Below are positions 24,475 to 36,350 of a stretch of DNA of 63,576 nt, piece after piece. A program made the translations under genes and the position numbers. The DNA is from Octopus bimaculoides. Its lineage: Eukaryota. Position 1 is the stretch's first letter. Each line of letters begins with the position of its first letter. The stretch covers positions 85,624,271-85,687,846 of the forward strand of contig NC_068986.1 in assembly GCF_001194135.2 (NCBI RefSeq), in the 5' to 3' direction. Below the pieces are notes generated by a model that did not search any database, was not told the origin of the DNA, and saw nothing but the letters and a program-made list of their open reading frames with translations.

Positions 24475-24547
24475 ATACGACGGGCTTCTTTCAGTTTCCG
24501 TCTATCAAATCCACTCACAAGGCTTTGGTCGGCCCCAGGCTGTATAG
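24475..24547 (-). mobile_element. SINE family B, 3' fragment
   Basis: GGGCTTCTTTCAGTTTCCGTCT..CACAAGGCTTTGGTCGGCCC, shared with 35738 and 56230. Confidence 0.75.
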
Positions 24548-24548
24548 T

Positions 24549-24606
24549 GATAGATAGATAGATAGATAGATAGATATATAGATAGATATATATAGATAGA
24601 TAGATA
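24549..24606. repeat. (GATA)n microsatellite
   Basis: Direct reading. Confidence 0.9.
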
Positions 24607-26478
24607 GTTATTGATCTTATAAATATTCTTATCTATATACACAAGGGACACATGCACATACGTATACACGTTAGAAGTTTTGTGATTGGATTTCGTTATT
24701 TTTTATCTCTTCACTGTGATAAGATAAGCCAATTCACATTTGGCCAGATTGCAGTTTAGGTTATTGTGTTTCTTCTGGGCAGAGACATATTCTAAAGTTC
24801 AGCAGGTCCACCTAACACGGCTATCTCTCCGCAGAGTTCTCGCTATGCCCTGACTACTGACGTGCAGGCAGGCGCTAAAGATAAGGAAACAGTGAGGCAA
24901 ACAGTGGAAGAGATTCTTGAACGATGAGCAAGTGCTGTAACTATTTGGCATACATACGTTTCCACAATTCGTTTCAAAGATGAAACTACACTCCTGAGTA
25001 AAGTGAAAGCAAAGAATCCGTGGCTGTCATTTCGTGGGTGTTATGTCAAACGTTACTTCTAGCCTGGTTCCAGACCATATGCTTTTGCACTACTGCTTCA
25101 TGGAAGTATGTGTTGGGCAGAGAATAAACAAAAGTGTTAACGTATTCTGTTACGATCGATCGTGAAATTTGTAGTTCTTTGTCGTTTTATGCTATATATT
25201 TCTTCCACTCAGGATTCAAAAGATAGTCCTTCAGTTACATAACTCTCCGACCAACCACTTGCCGCAAAACGAAATCCTACTGCGAAGTCACATACATCTG
25301 AATGAAATACTGCAACACGCTTCTGACTTTGTTCGAGGCTTATTTTTACGTCAAGCCTACAATGACCCCTACCGGTTGATTGTTACCTTTTCTTTTTAGC
25401 ACGCAAACTCTGACTGCAACACAATTTTTGCGTTTAGCATGCCTGTTGCGATGCCTTTTTAATTGCTTCTTTTAGCTTTCTAACTAGCCCCACCTCTAAT
25501 CTAGTTCTTAAGGAATATTGCATCTAAATACGACATAGAAGTCGAATGTCTTAGTTCCATGTCCACCATAACATATTCGTGAAATCCAATCGGTCCTAGT
25601 CAGAGTGATGGAATTTTCTGAGCAGGTTTTCGAAAATTTTGCGCCAGATGCTCCTACGGGTTAAACTTAGACACAAGACGACGGTGCACTAAACAACAAC
25701 CACAACAATTGCTCAAACTTTTAGCAAAAGGCAAGCGATTTAAGAAGGAAAGGGTTATTCGATAATTTTAAGTCTTCAACATGAATGACACATTATAATT
25801 TCGAGCCAGTAATGAGAAACGTTAAGATTGACCTCGGCGAGAATTAAACTCGGAGCATAAGAACCTAGAAACAATACGATTAGGCATTGTTTCGAACGCT
25901 GTAACTATTATATCAAGCCAAAGAGTATACAAATAACAAAGTTTGTTTGCAAGAGTATTTTTGATTCATCATATTCATGACAAGCTTCGCTATAGAACAT
26001 GACTAGTTTGCAAATATTGAAAGGATGAAGCCATATTTATGTCTGAAGCTCATCTTAGCAGTATAGCGTCCATGCATTATTACTTTTGATTAACTGTGAA
26101 CAAATCGCTGCGTAAGAAGCTTTTGGGTAGTTTCAATTCCAATTTGGTTCTACCTTACTTTTTATCCTTTTCCAGCTTTCAAGCTGTCAGCAAAAATTAC
26201 TTTAAATTTTGTAGACACTTTTATTCTTTGCGTTGTGTCTATAATAAGAATAATAGAAATCCGAAGAAAGATGTATAAATATAACTGAATATTTTGTAAG
26301 CAGTGTGTTGTGCGCATGTTTGCATGCATGTATGTATGCATTCGGTATGTAGTTATGTATATGTGTTTTTGTGCATATATGTATATATTTGTGGATTTGT
26401 GAGTGTATCTAAATATATATATATGTATGCATATACATATATATGTATATATGCATAAATACGTCTCTCTTTGTATAT

Positions 26479-26518
<40 letters not shown>

Positions 26519-26593
26519 GCTTGTATGTATATAGGTATGGTTGTATGTACGCATGTATCTATGTACGTGTATATATATACATGTATTATATAT

Positions 26594-26624
<31 letters not shown>

Positions 26625-26967
26625 CAAATAGATAAATAAACACACACACATACACTCAAACTCACATAATTGTAGGTGCGTGTCTTTCTTGCTGTTCATA
26701 TGTAAAAACAAATGCACGCATGCATGTGCATAATGGTGTACATATACGTACGCCTATGTGTGTGCGTGCGTGTGTGTGTTTGTGTGTGAATATGTATCTG
26801 CATGTTTCTGTTTATTTTTGTGTACAACACAATTAAAGACAAAAGCACCGTATTTAGAAATCAGTGTTTGCATCATGTCATCAGAAAATACAGATCCTCG
26901 GAATAGAACAATTACTTGGAGCGTAACCACGTTTAGAATGTAAATATACAATATTTCTTTTGTTCTC

Positions 26968-27170
26968 TAGGCATAAGGCCGGAAATTTTTAGGGAGTGGG
27001 GACAAGTCGACTAAATCGACCTCAGTATGTAACTGGTACTTAATTTATCGAGCAGTAAGGATGAAAGGCAAAGTCGACCACCGCGGAATTTGAAATCAGA
27101 ACGTAAAGACAGACGAAATATCACTAAGCATTTCGCCAGGCGTGCTAACGTTCCTGACAGCTCGCCGCCC
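26968..27170 (-). mobile_element. tRNA-derived SINE family A
   Basis: Full-length similarity to 8548-8765. Confidence 0.85.
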
Positions 27171-27204
27171 TAAATATTTTACAAAAACACTGGTTGGAAC
27201 TGTT

Positions 27205-27257
27205 GGATTTACCTGCCACACCTGAGGATTTACCTGCCACACTTGAGGATTTACCTG
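27205..27257. repeat. 21-bp tandem repeat, about 2.5 copies
   Basis: Unit GGATTTACCTGCCACAC[C/T]TGA. Confidence 0.85.
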
Positions 27258-27382
27258 GGATTTGTATTCTACATACATTTACTGCTATCTTCTTGTTGGA
27301 AATTTAACCTTATTCCTTTATACTGAGTGTTGACTTGATATCTGTCAAGAACGTTTAATCCTATTTTTTATTCTTATATATA

Positions 27383-27708
27383 GAGAGCAGCGAACTCGTG
27401 GTCGTAGGATCGCAGTTTCGATTCCCAGACCGGGCTTTGTGAGTGTTTATTGAGCGAAAACACCTAATGCTCCACGAGGCTTCGGCAGTGGCAGGTGGGT
27501 GGCGAAACCTGATGTTCGCTTTCAACACAACTTTCACTCTTTCTTCCTGTTTCTGTTGTACCTGTATTTCCAAGGGGAAGCCTTGTCACACTCTCTAATA
27601 CGCTGAATTTCCCTGAGAACTACGTTAAGAGTACACGTATCTTTGAAGTGCTCAGCCACTTGCACGTTTGTTTCACGAGCAGGCTGTTCCTTTGATCGGA
27701 TCAACTGG
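27383..27708 (+). mobile_element. tRNA-derived SINE family C, running into a gap
   Basis: B-box-like TTCGATTCCC. The 3' part matches 16975-17100. Confidence 0.7.
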
Positions 27709-28639
27709 NNNNNNNNNNNNNNNNNNNNNNNNNNNNNNNNNNNNNNNNNNNNNNNNNNNNNNNNNNNNNNNNNNNNNNNNNNNNNNNNNNNNNNNNNNNN
27801 NNNNNNNNNNNNNNNNNNNNNNNNNNNNNNNNNNNNNNNNNNNNNNNNNNNNNNNNNNNNNNNNNNNNNNNNNNNNNNNNNNNNNNNNNNNNNNNNNNNN
27901 NNNNNNNNNNNNNNNNNNNNNNNNNNNNNNNNNNNNNNNNNNNNNNNNNNNNATATATATATATATAAACATTGACTGTAGGGGACAATGAGGCAGGGGA
28001 TTTTCAAGAGTAATACATTATGCCGAGAAATGGAGCTATGCCGTGTCTGTCTCGGCTGTGACCGGAGTTTGAAAAAAATGGGAACAGCTCCTGTTGGTGT
28101 AAGAAAATCATTAGAGTTTTATATTCAGGCATTAGGTCACGTGGCAGTAAGTACGATAATTGCCAAAAGTCATGAGAATGTCGGTTCACTGGATGTGTAA
28201 TGTGACAGTAGGAATGATAAGTTGTCAGTTAAAAATAGAATAAAATATTGTTCGGTAGTTTGCAAATGATTGTACATTACGAAGCTGTTTTGTATTTGTA
28301 TATATATGATTGTCTATGTGTTCATGTGTGAGAGGGAAAAACTACAATTGTGCAATGCATAAGTGTATTTACTTGATACAGAATATAGCTGTTTGATATG
28401 TTCCGTGTAGCTTATTCAGTCGTGGTTTATATCGTATAATAAATGTTTCTATATCTAGACTAAAGAACCACTTCAGTTTCCATATATACCTGTTACATTG
28501 CAGGTTTTTATAAGTATCCTTGGTCTTAATCCTGTCAATGATTCTAAAACGCGAATTAACATATTCAGCAATATACATAATATGCATTTCATAACACAGT
28601 ATAATAAATAACCAATTTAATTCCTGGATATTTTAACCG

Positions 28640-29500
28640 TAAAAATTGCTTCAATATGGGATCATCTTCTACAAAATGAAAGACTACAGCAGTAAAACTC
28701 ACTTTTTAATTCATTCCTTACAAAACGCCATTAAACTTTCACGAAAAGTATGATAATTTACTTCGACTTTTGAAACTTGTAATTAAAAAAAATCTAAGAA
28801 TTAAAACAAATGCTACTTGAGTTGCTGTTCCCATACAACGTCCACCTAAATGCAACAGAATAGACCAAGAAAATGGTCACTAAGGAATTACAATAGCAAA
28901 AATAATTCAACTTCATTAATCAATCGACTTTATATTACAATACACAATCCCAAAAATATAGAAACACATTCTCCGTCAAAATATTCCAGTAGTCAAGTAA
29001 AACCCAAGTATGGAAAATGCATTCAAATTATACAAGTTAATGAAAAGCAAATGACAAAGAAATCGCCAAAATATTTCCTACCACCGCCAAATTAACTACA
29101 AAAAAGTAATCACAAAACCATTCCTCAAAACATGTAGTCGCCGTAACTGCTAAAACTACATGAACTTTATAGAAAATACATAAATTTCTATCGGGAGCAT
29201 ATTTTCACCGCAAAGGAATCCCTTCACTGTCAAAAGCGTGAATTTACATCACCAAATGTAATGGATTTTAATGTGGTGAGATAAAACAAAAGAAACAGAT
29301 TGTCTAATTACTGACATGAAATACGAGATCTTAATACTAGACAGATTCTATTAAATAAGATTTAAACTTATGTACAAGAAACTACCTATTATGTAAGACT
29401 ACTCTTTGTTCTGACAAAACTCAGATGAAATAAGGAAAACACAAATCCTACAAAATATACTATACAAGATACCAAACAGATACATTCACTAACGACTATA
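28640..29500 (+). pseudogene. Probable Penelope-like element ORF relic (RT C-terminus, linker, GIY-YIG region)
   Basis: Frameshifted YITIHNPKN..ILRQNIPVVK*NPSMENAFKLYKLMKSK*Q..CSRRNC..FT.KSVNL..CGE resembles the PLE linker and cysteine motif before GIY-YIG. The GIY/YIG residues themselves are not cleanly readable. Confidence 0.5.
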
Positions 29501-30494
29501 TTACTAACATATTACAATATCTTAGTTCACTGTTTCATATACGAGCACGCAAAAATCTTATTACAATGAAAGTTCATAATTTACTATCACTCGTTTTGAT
29601 TATTAACGCAGCATTCGTTCATATCGTTACGTGACGTTATATTTGCATTTTATAAATTCTATCACGTAATACATTCGTTGGACTTACGCAGCTTCAAGTT
29701 TTGCTATAATTATCCTTTATACAGTCACATAGCACTATTATGTCATGGAAGACTTACCAAATACTATATCTGATTATTTCACCCTTTTCTACCTGGTAAA
29801 CTGTAACTTAACACCTGAAAATTGAGTGATAATCTTACCCTAACTTTTCGCAAAATTATAAACAGTGATCCATGTCGAGACAAATGTAGCTTAACTCTAG
29901 ATTCTTTTATTTCATATTACTTGTGAAAATCATGGAAATGTGTAACCAGTTATTAAGTAAATATAATTGAGTTATTTTAAAGATTCACACCATTCTTTAT
30001 TATTTCTTCACGTTCATTTTCAACTTCTTTTCTTTATCCCTCTAGAAGTATGAAAAATTATTTTCCTCTGTGTGTGGGGAACGTGTTTGTATGTTTGTGT
30101 GAGGTAAGTGTTTTTTTGTTTTTTTGTATGCCCACCTCAATATCTATGCTCAGGCTACTATTTTTTCTGTATTCAACACATTTCCCTATAAGCACAGGTA
30201 TTAATATTCATGTACAGGTAATTCATTTCGCTCAGTTACCTTTCAGATATCTGACAAAATAGTCTTTACATAAAATGCATCCGCTTGTTTATACGATAAG
30301 TGTTTTTCAATGTATGTATTTATAATGTAGTGAGGAAAAATTTTCTTTTGTTCATTTATTTCAGCACAATATCAATTGAATATAGAATTCACCTACAGAA
30401 TGATGTTTAGTCCATTTCTCATTTATTTTGCATATTATGATATCTTATATCTTCAAATTATAATATTTTATGTCTTTTCTACTATAAACACACG

Positions 30495-30667
30495 GCCTGA
30501 TATTTTGGTAGAGGAGGCTAGTCGATGACATCCACCCAAGTGCTCATCTAATATTTGTTTTATCGACCTTAAAAACGTGAAAGGCAAAGGCAAACTTCGA
30601 ACATAAAGACGAATTAAGTGCTGCTCAGCATTTTGCCCGGCGTTCAAACGATCCTGCCAGCTCCCTG
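30495..30667 (-). mobile_element. SINE family A, decayed
   Basis: TTTTATCGACC..GAAAGGCAAAG..GCATTTTGCCCGGCG..CTGCCAGCTC. Confidence 0.7.
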
Positions 30668-31299
30668 CTTACAAAGATAATTATTTTCTATAAAAGCAAG
30701 GCATAAAATTCCAGTTATATATACATAATGCTGTCTTACCAAACAGGTTCAGCGTTGATGACAAAATTATAATTAAGTATTAAGAGAAACAAATTTTGAA
30801 ATTAAAGTCATTCAAGCTAGAGGTGCATTGAAATAAATGAATGAATTCTTTAGCTGAATATACTTCTTTCAAATCAGAAAGACAAATAGAGAGACATAAA
30901 TATATACTTACTACACACATAAACATAAATATATTTATGTGTATAGACATTTATAGCAACGTATATATATTGCATTGCTGTTTGGTTAGCAATTTCACTC
31001 TTCAACCATATGGTTTCGTGCTCAGTTTCATTGCGCAGTACCTTGGGCAAGTAACTTCTACTATAGCCCCATTACGTCATGATTTAAATTGATAGAGGTG
31101 AAATCTACGGAAGCCCTTTATGTATGCACTCGCGTGTTTGTATCATTGTTTGCCATAACCGGCCTTCTTTGACGTCATAGTGACTTAATCGTTCGTCATA
31201 ACGACACTGATAAAATAAGTACTGGGAGCAACTTCATCTGCTAGACACTTCGAGATGGTGTACCACGGACGCAGTGCAATGACTGAAACAATATATGTG

Positions 31300-31338
<39 letters not shown>

Positions 31339-32499
31339 GTGTGTGCGTGAATGTACGTGCTTGGGTGTGTGTGTACGCATGTGAATGTATGTGCTTGGGC
31401 GTGTGTGTGTGTGTGTTTGTTTGTGTGTGTGTGTGGTGTGTGCATGTGCATACATTCATGCAGATATACACGCAAAAACGTGTATATACAAACATATTTG
31501 TCAGTATGATTTCGTTTTTTGGTATTAGATATTATCTTGCACTCTTCTGAAGAAATGTCCGCACTATGTATGTACTTAATATGTATGTACGTAACATAAN
31601 NNNNNNNNNNNNNNNNNNNNNNNNNNNNNNNNNNNNNNNNNNNNNNNNNNNNNNNNNNNNNNNNNNNNNNNNNNNNNNNNNNNNNNNNNNNNNNNNNNNN
31701 NNNNNNNNNNNNNNNNNNNNNNNNNNNNNNNNNNNNNNNNNATATGGGAAAATGCTAGTTCTAAAACCTCTGTATATTTACATATACGTGCGCTGCGCGC
31801 TTGTGTGCACGTGTATCATGTGTTGTCTCGAATACATCTGTGAGAGAATGTGGCTAGATGTGTGTTCGTATATTTAATAGTTTCTATGTATATTATTCAT
31901 GTGTTATCATAGTAGTTGTCTAGCGATGAAGGAAGTGGCTATTCATTTTACCATTTCAACCTTGTTCCTTGACCTGCCATAACACCGGCCAAACAAAAAA
32001 CGATCTACTCACTTTCCCTAACCCTTACCCTTTCCCACCGTACAGACAACCAGCTACTCTCTGATGGTCCTTCCTCTAACCCGTCACAACTCTTTCTCTC
32101 TCCTTTTCTCTCCTCTTCCTCTCTCTCTCTCTCTCTCTTTTCCTCTCTGTATCTGATTTACGCGCGCAAGCGTTCACCAAACATGGGCCAGCGTCACCGA
32201 CCAGTCTCTAACGACATCCATCTATGTTCTCTTCTTCTATATACAACTAAACCGTTGTTGACATTTCACAAGTGAATGGATGCGTCGGCCAATGGAAATT
32301 AGGTAGAATCATCGAGCCGTTGGATATTTCGAGAATATTCTTTGGAATTCTTCATTCGAACACAGACTAATTAGTGACGAAGCATTGGATGAAGGATGCG
32401 GGAAGTGCACAGTTGTCTTCATAACATCGCCACATTGACCACTAGAATTAGCGTCAAATATTTTCTGACTCCTTCTTAACACCCAATAAATGGACAACA

Positions 32500-34140
32500 T
32501 AGTAGGTGGTGGTGGTGGTGGTGATGGTGGTGGTGATGGTGGTGGTGATGGTGGTGGTGGTAATGGTGGTGATGGTGGTGGTGGTGGTGACAGCGATGAT
32601 AATGGTGGTAGTGATTGTGATGGAGGTGAGAAGGTGGCACTGTTGGTTGTAGTGCTTGTTCTTTNNNNNNNNNNNNNNNNNNNNNNNNNNNNNNNNNNNN
32701 NNNNNNNNNNNNNNNNNNNNNNNNNNNNNNNNNNNNNNNNNNNNNNNNNNATTGATCTCATACATGTTGTTAGTAGGTGGTGTTGGTGATGCAGCGGTTG
32801 TGGTGGTGCTACTGGTTATGGGAATGGTGTTTTGATTGTGGTGGTAGTAGTGTTGCTTGCGGTGGTGGTGGTGGTGGTGGTGGTGGTGGTGAGGGTTATG
32901 GTGCAGGTTGTGATGGTAAGGTGGGCTGTTGCTTGTGGTTGATATGGTGTGGAGGTGGTACGGGGACGGTGTGGGGGTGATGTAGGGGGACTGAAGGTGG
33001 AGCTAGCGCAGTGTGGCGATGATGGTGGCCATTGTTGTGACTGTGATGGTGGCGTAGGTTGTGGTGGTGGTGTTCATTTTGGTGGTGGTGATAGTGAATG
33101 GTGGTGGAGGTGGAGGTTGTGGCGTTGCTCACGGTGATGCTGCTGCATGTGGTGACTGTGGTGGTGGCGGTGGTGATGGTGGTGTAATTATTGCTGGTTT
33201 TAGTTTTTGGCGATGGTAGTGTTAGTGGTTGGTGGAGCCGATATCGGTGGAGGTGATAATGTTTGTGATGAGTGTCGGATGGCCGCAGGGGTGGTTGTGG
33301 TATTGATGGAAGTGGTGATGCAGCGATTGTTAAGGTGTTGTGTTGTGTTTCTGGTAGTGGTGGTGATAGTGGTATAGAAGATGGTGGCGAGGATGACGAG
33401 AGTTGTTATGATGGTGAGAGAAATGTTGTTGGTGGGTAGTTTCATGTCTTGGACATTGGTTTCTAGTGGTAGCGTTAGCGATCAGATTTTTTTTAGAGTT
33501 AGTAATCAGTTTCTAGTGGTAGCATTAGAAACTGGTGGTGGTGGTGGTGGTTGTTGTATTGTGGGGTGGTGATGGTAGTAGCATTGTGGTAGTGATGGTG
33601 GTGGTGTTGATTGTGTTGCTGGTGGAGGTGGTAGAGGTGGTAATAGTATTGTGGAGGTGGTGGTGGAATTGAGATGATGGTAGTGGCGGTGTTAGTGATG
33701 GTGTTGCTGTTGTTGTTGTTGGTGGTGGTGGTAGTGGTAGTGTCGGTGGTGGTGGTGGTATTAGTGGCGGTGCTGGTGCTTGTGGTGGTAGTGGTGGTGG
33801 CAGAGATGATGGTAAGGATTGTGGTGGCAGCGAAGGTAGCGGTAGTATTGATGGTGATGGTTTTGGTGGTGGAGGTGCTGGTCTTCTGTCGTGGTGGTGA
33901 TGGTGATGGTGATGGTGTTTAGTCGTGGTGGTGGTATCGATGACGTTAATGGTGTTGCTTGCCAGGGATTTGTTTGCAATTGTGGTGAGCTAAACTGTGA
34001 TTATGACAAAGATAGTAATCATAGTTAACAATGGAATGGTGGTAGTAAGTATATGAATGTATTTCTGGAGATTCTATTCTACTGGCATTGACGAAGTAGT
34101 AGTGTCAGAAGTTGTTGCTTGTGGTAGTGATGGTGGTAGT
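32500..34140. repeat. Degenerate (GGT)n/(GTA)n trinucleotide region
   Basis: Direct reading. It produces the poly-G/V/T/P/H pseudo-ORFs. Confidence 0.9.
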
Positions 34141-34185
34141 GGTACTTGTGTATTTGTTATTGTGAGCATCTCTATGTAAAGAAAT

Positions 34186-34404
34186 ACACGCGGAGGTGCT
34201 GAACTGTTCCTGGATTTGGGCAAAAGAAAATACAGGAGGATAAATTAAATATTATTTTATGCAACTTATTCCCCTAAGATTCACACGCCTATTACAGCGG
34301 TCCTTCAGTGCTTCTAATCTCTGTAAAAGAACTCTGAAGGTTTAGCTTCCAGCCAGGCCTTTCAAAGCATCCTTAAGGCCACGAACGTTTCAGCACCCCC
34401 TCAT
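34186..34404 (-). mobile_element. Internally deleted mariner (about 220 bp)
   Basis: Imperfect TIRs of the GAGGGGGTGCTGAAA.GTTC.TGG type at both ends. The interior is only the transposase C-terminus (WLEAKPSEFF..LEALKDRCNRRVNLRG). Confidence 0.65.
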
Positions 34405-34845
34405 TTGTATGTAAGAATGTATGTATGGATATATGTATGTATGTATGTATGTATGTATATATATATATATATATGTAAATACATATATANNNNNNNNNNN
34501 NNNNNNNNNNNNNNNNNNNNNNNNNNNNNNNNNNNNNNNNNNNNNNNNNNNNNNNNNNNNNNNNNNNNNNNNNNNNNNNNNNNNNNNNNNNNNNNNNNNN
34601 NNNNNNNNNNNNNNNNNNNNNNNNNNNNNNNNNNNNNNNNNNNNNNNNNNNNNNNNNNNNNNNNNNNNNNNNNNNNNNNNNNNNNNNNNNNNNNNNNNNN
34701 NNNNNNNNNNNNNNNNNNNNNNNNNNNNNNNNNNNNNNNNNNNNNNNNNNNNATATAAAATTTATTAATTAGGGTAGAAATTGATATTAATCAATTAAAA
34801 CCAGTGGTCTAGCATATTAAAAAAATCCGAAGATTGAAATTATAT

Positions 34846-35323
34846 TACATACAAAATTAAGAGGAATGACCAGCAAAAGTGGACTCCTATATGCTAGAAA
34901 TAGATGCCGAATCATGGAATCACGAAAAATATGTTCTCAGTAAAAATTTAGCGACACAACAGATTGTAAAAGGGCAAGACAAATGAAAAAATACTAAATA
35001 AAAAGACGATTAACCTACGTACCATGGTTTCACCTATTAAAATTTACATATGTAAATATCTGCAGGATCATCAGCGTAGTCTGTCGATTTATAAAATATA
35101 ATTTCCAAAACTAGACACAAGATGTCCACCAGGTGATACCATGGTACATAGGTTAATCGTTTTTTTTTTATTTAGTATTTTTTCATTTGTCTTGCCCTTT
35201 TACAGTCTATTGTGTCGCTAAATTTTTACTGAGAACATATTCTTCATGGTTAGATGATTCGGCATCTATTTCTAGCATATAGGAGTCCACTTTTGCTGAT
35301 CATTCCTCTTATTTTTGTATGTA
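34846..35323. mobile_element. Fold-back element (arms 34846-35035 and 35131-35323) carrying a hammerhead
   Basis: The arms are about 90% identical by eye, with a 95-bp spacer. It shares TGCTAGAAATAGAT and ACATCTTGTGTCTA with the 23160 element. Confidence 0.85.
35015..35079 (-). ncRNA. Type I hammerhead ribozyme (GUA site, predicted cleavage 35020/35019)
   Basis: CUACG-CUGAUGA-U-CCU...(UUUACAUAUGUAAA hairpin)...AGG-U-GAAA-CCAUGG-UA-CGUAG. Helix I is a perfect 5 bp and helix III is the palindrome ACCAUGGU. Confidence 0.75.
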
Positions 35324-35737
35324 TATATATATATATATATATACAGACATACCTCTTATTCTTTTACCTTCTCTTCTCCCGCTATTCTATCCTATTACTC
35401 TATCCCTCACTCCTCCTTCCTTGCTCACGTGGCTCCCACGTGACCATTGGCCATCTTTCTTTCTTCACCTAACTTGCGTTCCTTTCTTTCTGTCCGTTGT
35501 AGCTGGAACAAGGAAGACATGTTCTTCTCTGTCTCTTGTCCAAGCTTGATTTATTCTGATCTTATTCGTTGTAAGTCTAGTATTTATTCTAACGGCTTCT
35601 TTTGCCAAACGGTAAAGTTACGGGGATGTAAACACACCAGCATCGGTTGTCAAGCGGTGGTGGGGGATGAAACAGACACGCAAACACACACACACATACA
35701 CACACACACATACATACACACACACACACATGCTATT

Positions 35738-35892
35738 GGCTTCTTTCGGTTTCCGTCCAACAAATCTACTCACAAGGATTTGGTCGACCTGAGGCTATAG
35801 TAGAAGACACTTGCCCAAGGTGCCACGCAGTGGCACTGAACCACGTCGATGAGGTTGGTAAACAAGCTACTTACCAAACGGCAACTCCTGAG
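35738..35892 (-). mobile_element. tRNA-derived SINE family B
   Basis: The minus strand has a tRNA-like head, GTTCAGTGCCAC (B-box like) and CACCTTGGGCAAGTGTCTTC (CORE-like), with a microsatellite tail. Confidence 0.8.
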
Positions 35893-36300
35893 TGTATGCG
35901 AACTTAGGGTAAGTTAAAATATGTTTTTGTGACAAAATTCATCTCCTAAAGGTAAATCCACTACACTTACCGTAGTAGAAGTTATAAAAAACACCATATC
36001 AGTCCAGTTTTACTGACGACCAGATTCACAGACGCAGCGTTTCTAGCTCTTTTGCTTTCCTCAATACAAAATACTGATGAAAGGTAAGTCTGAGCAGATT
36101 TAATGCTGTAGCTTTAATTAAGACTCAGTCAAAGAGCATTTTAAAAAAAATACTGTTTTTTGGATTAGATATTTTCTTTCACTTTTATGCAAAATGTCAA
36201 GTTTAGCCCGGACGCAGGTATGTTCACACTACGTGTAGTGCTCACGCAGCAAGTGAAAAAAAATATATATAAGTGAACATCGGGTATACAACTATATATA

Positions 36301-36350
<50 letters not shown>

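Noticed and set aside
27205-27257. Short 21-bp repeat array considered as CRISPR-like
   Set aside because: The units are contiguous with no spacers, and the context is eukaryotic.
36070-36110. Isolated CTGANGA hits (also near 5012, 16593, 42603, 44927, 50937, 56066)
   Set aside because: There is no correctly spaced GAAA, NUH site and helix I, so these are chance heptamers.
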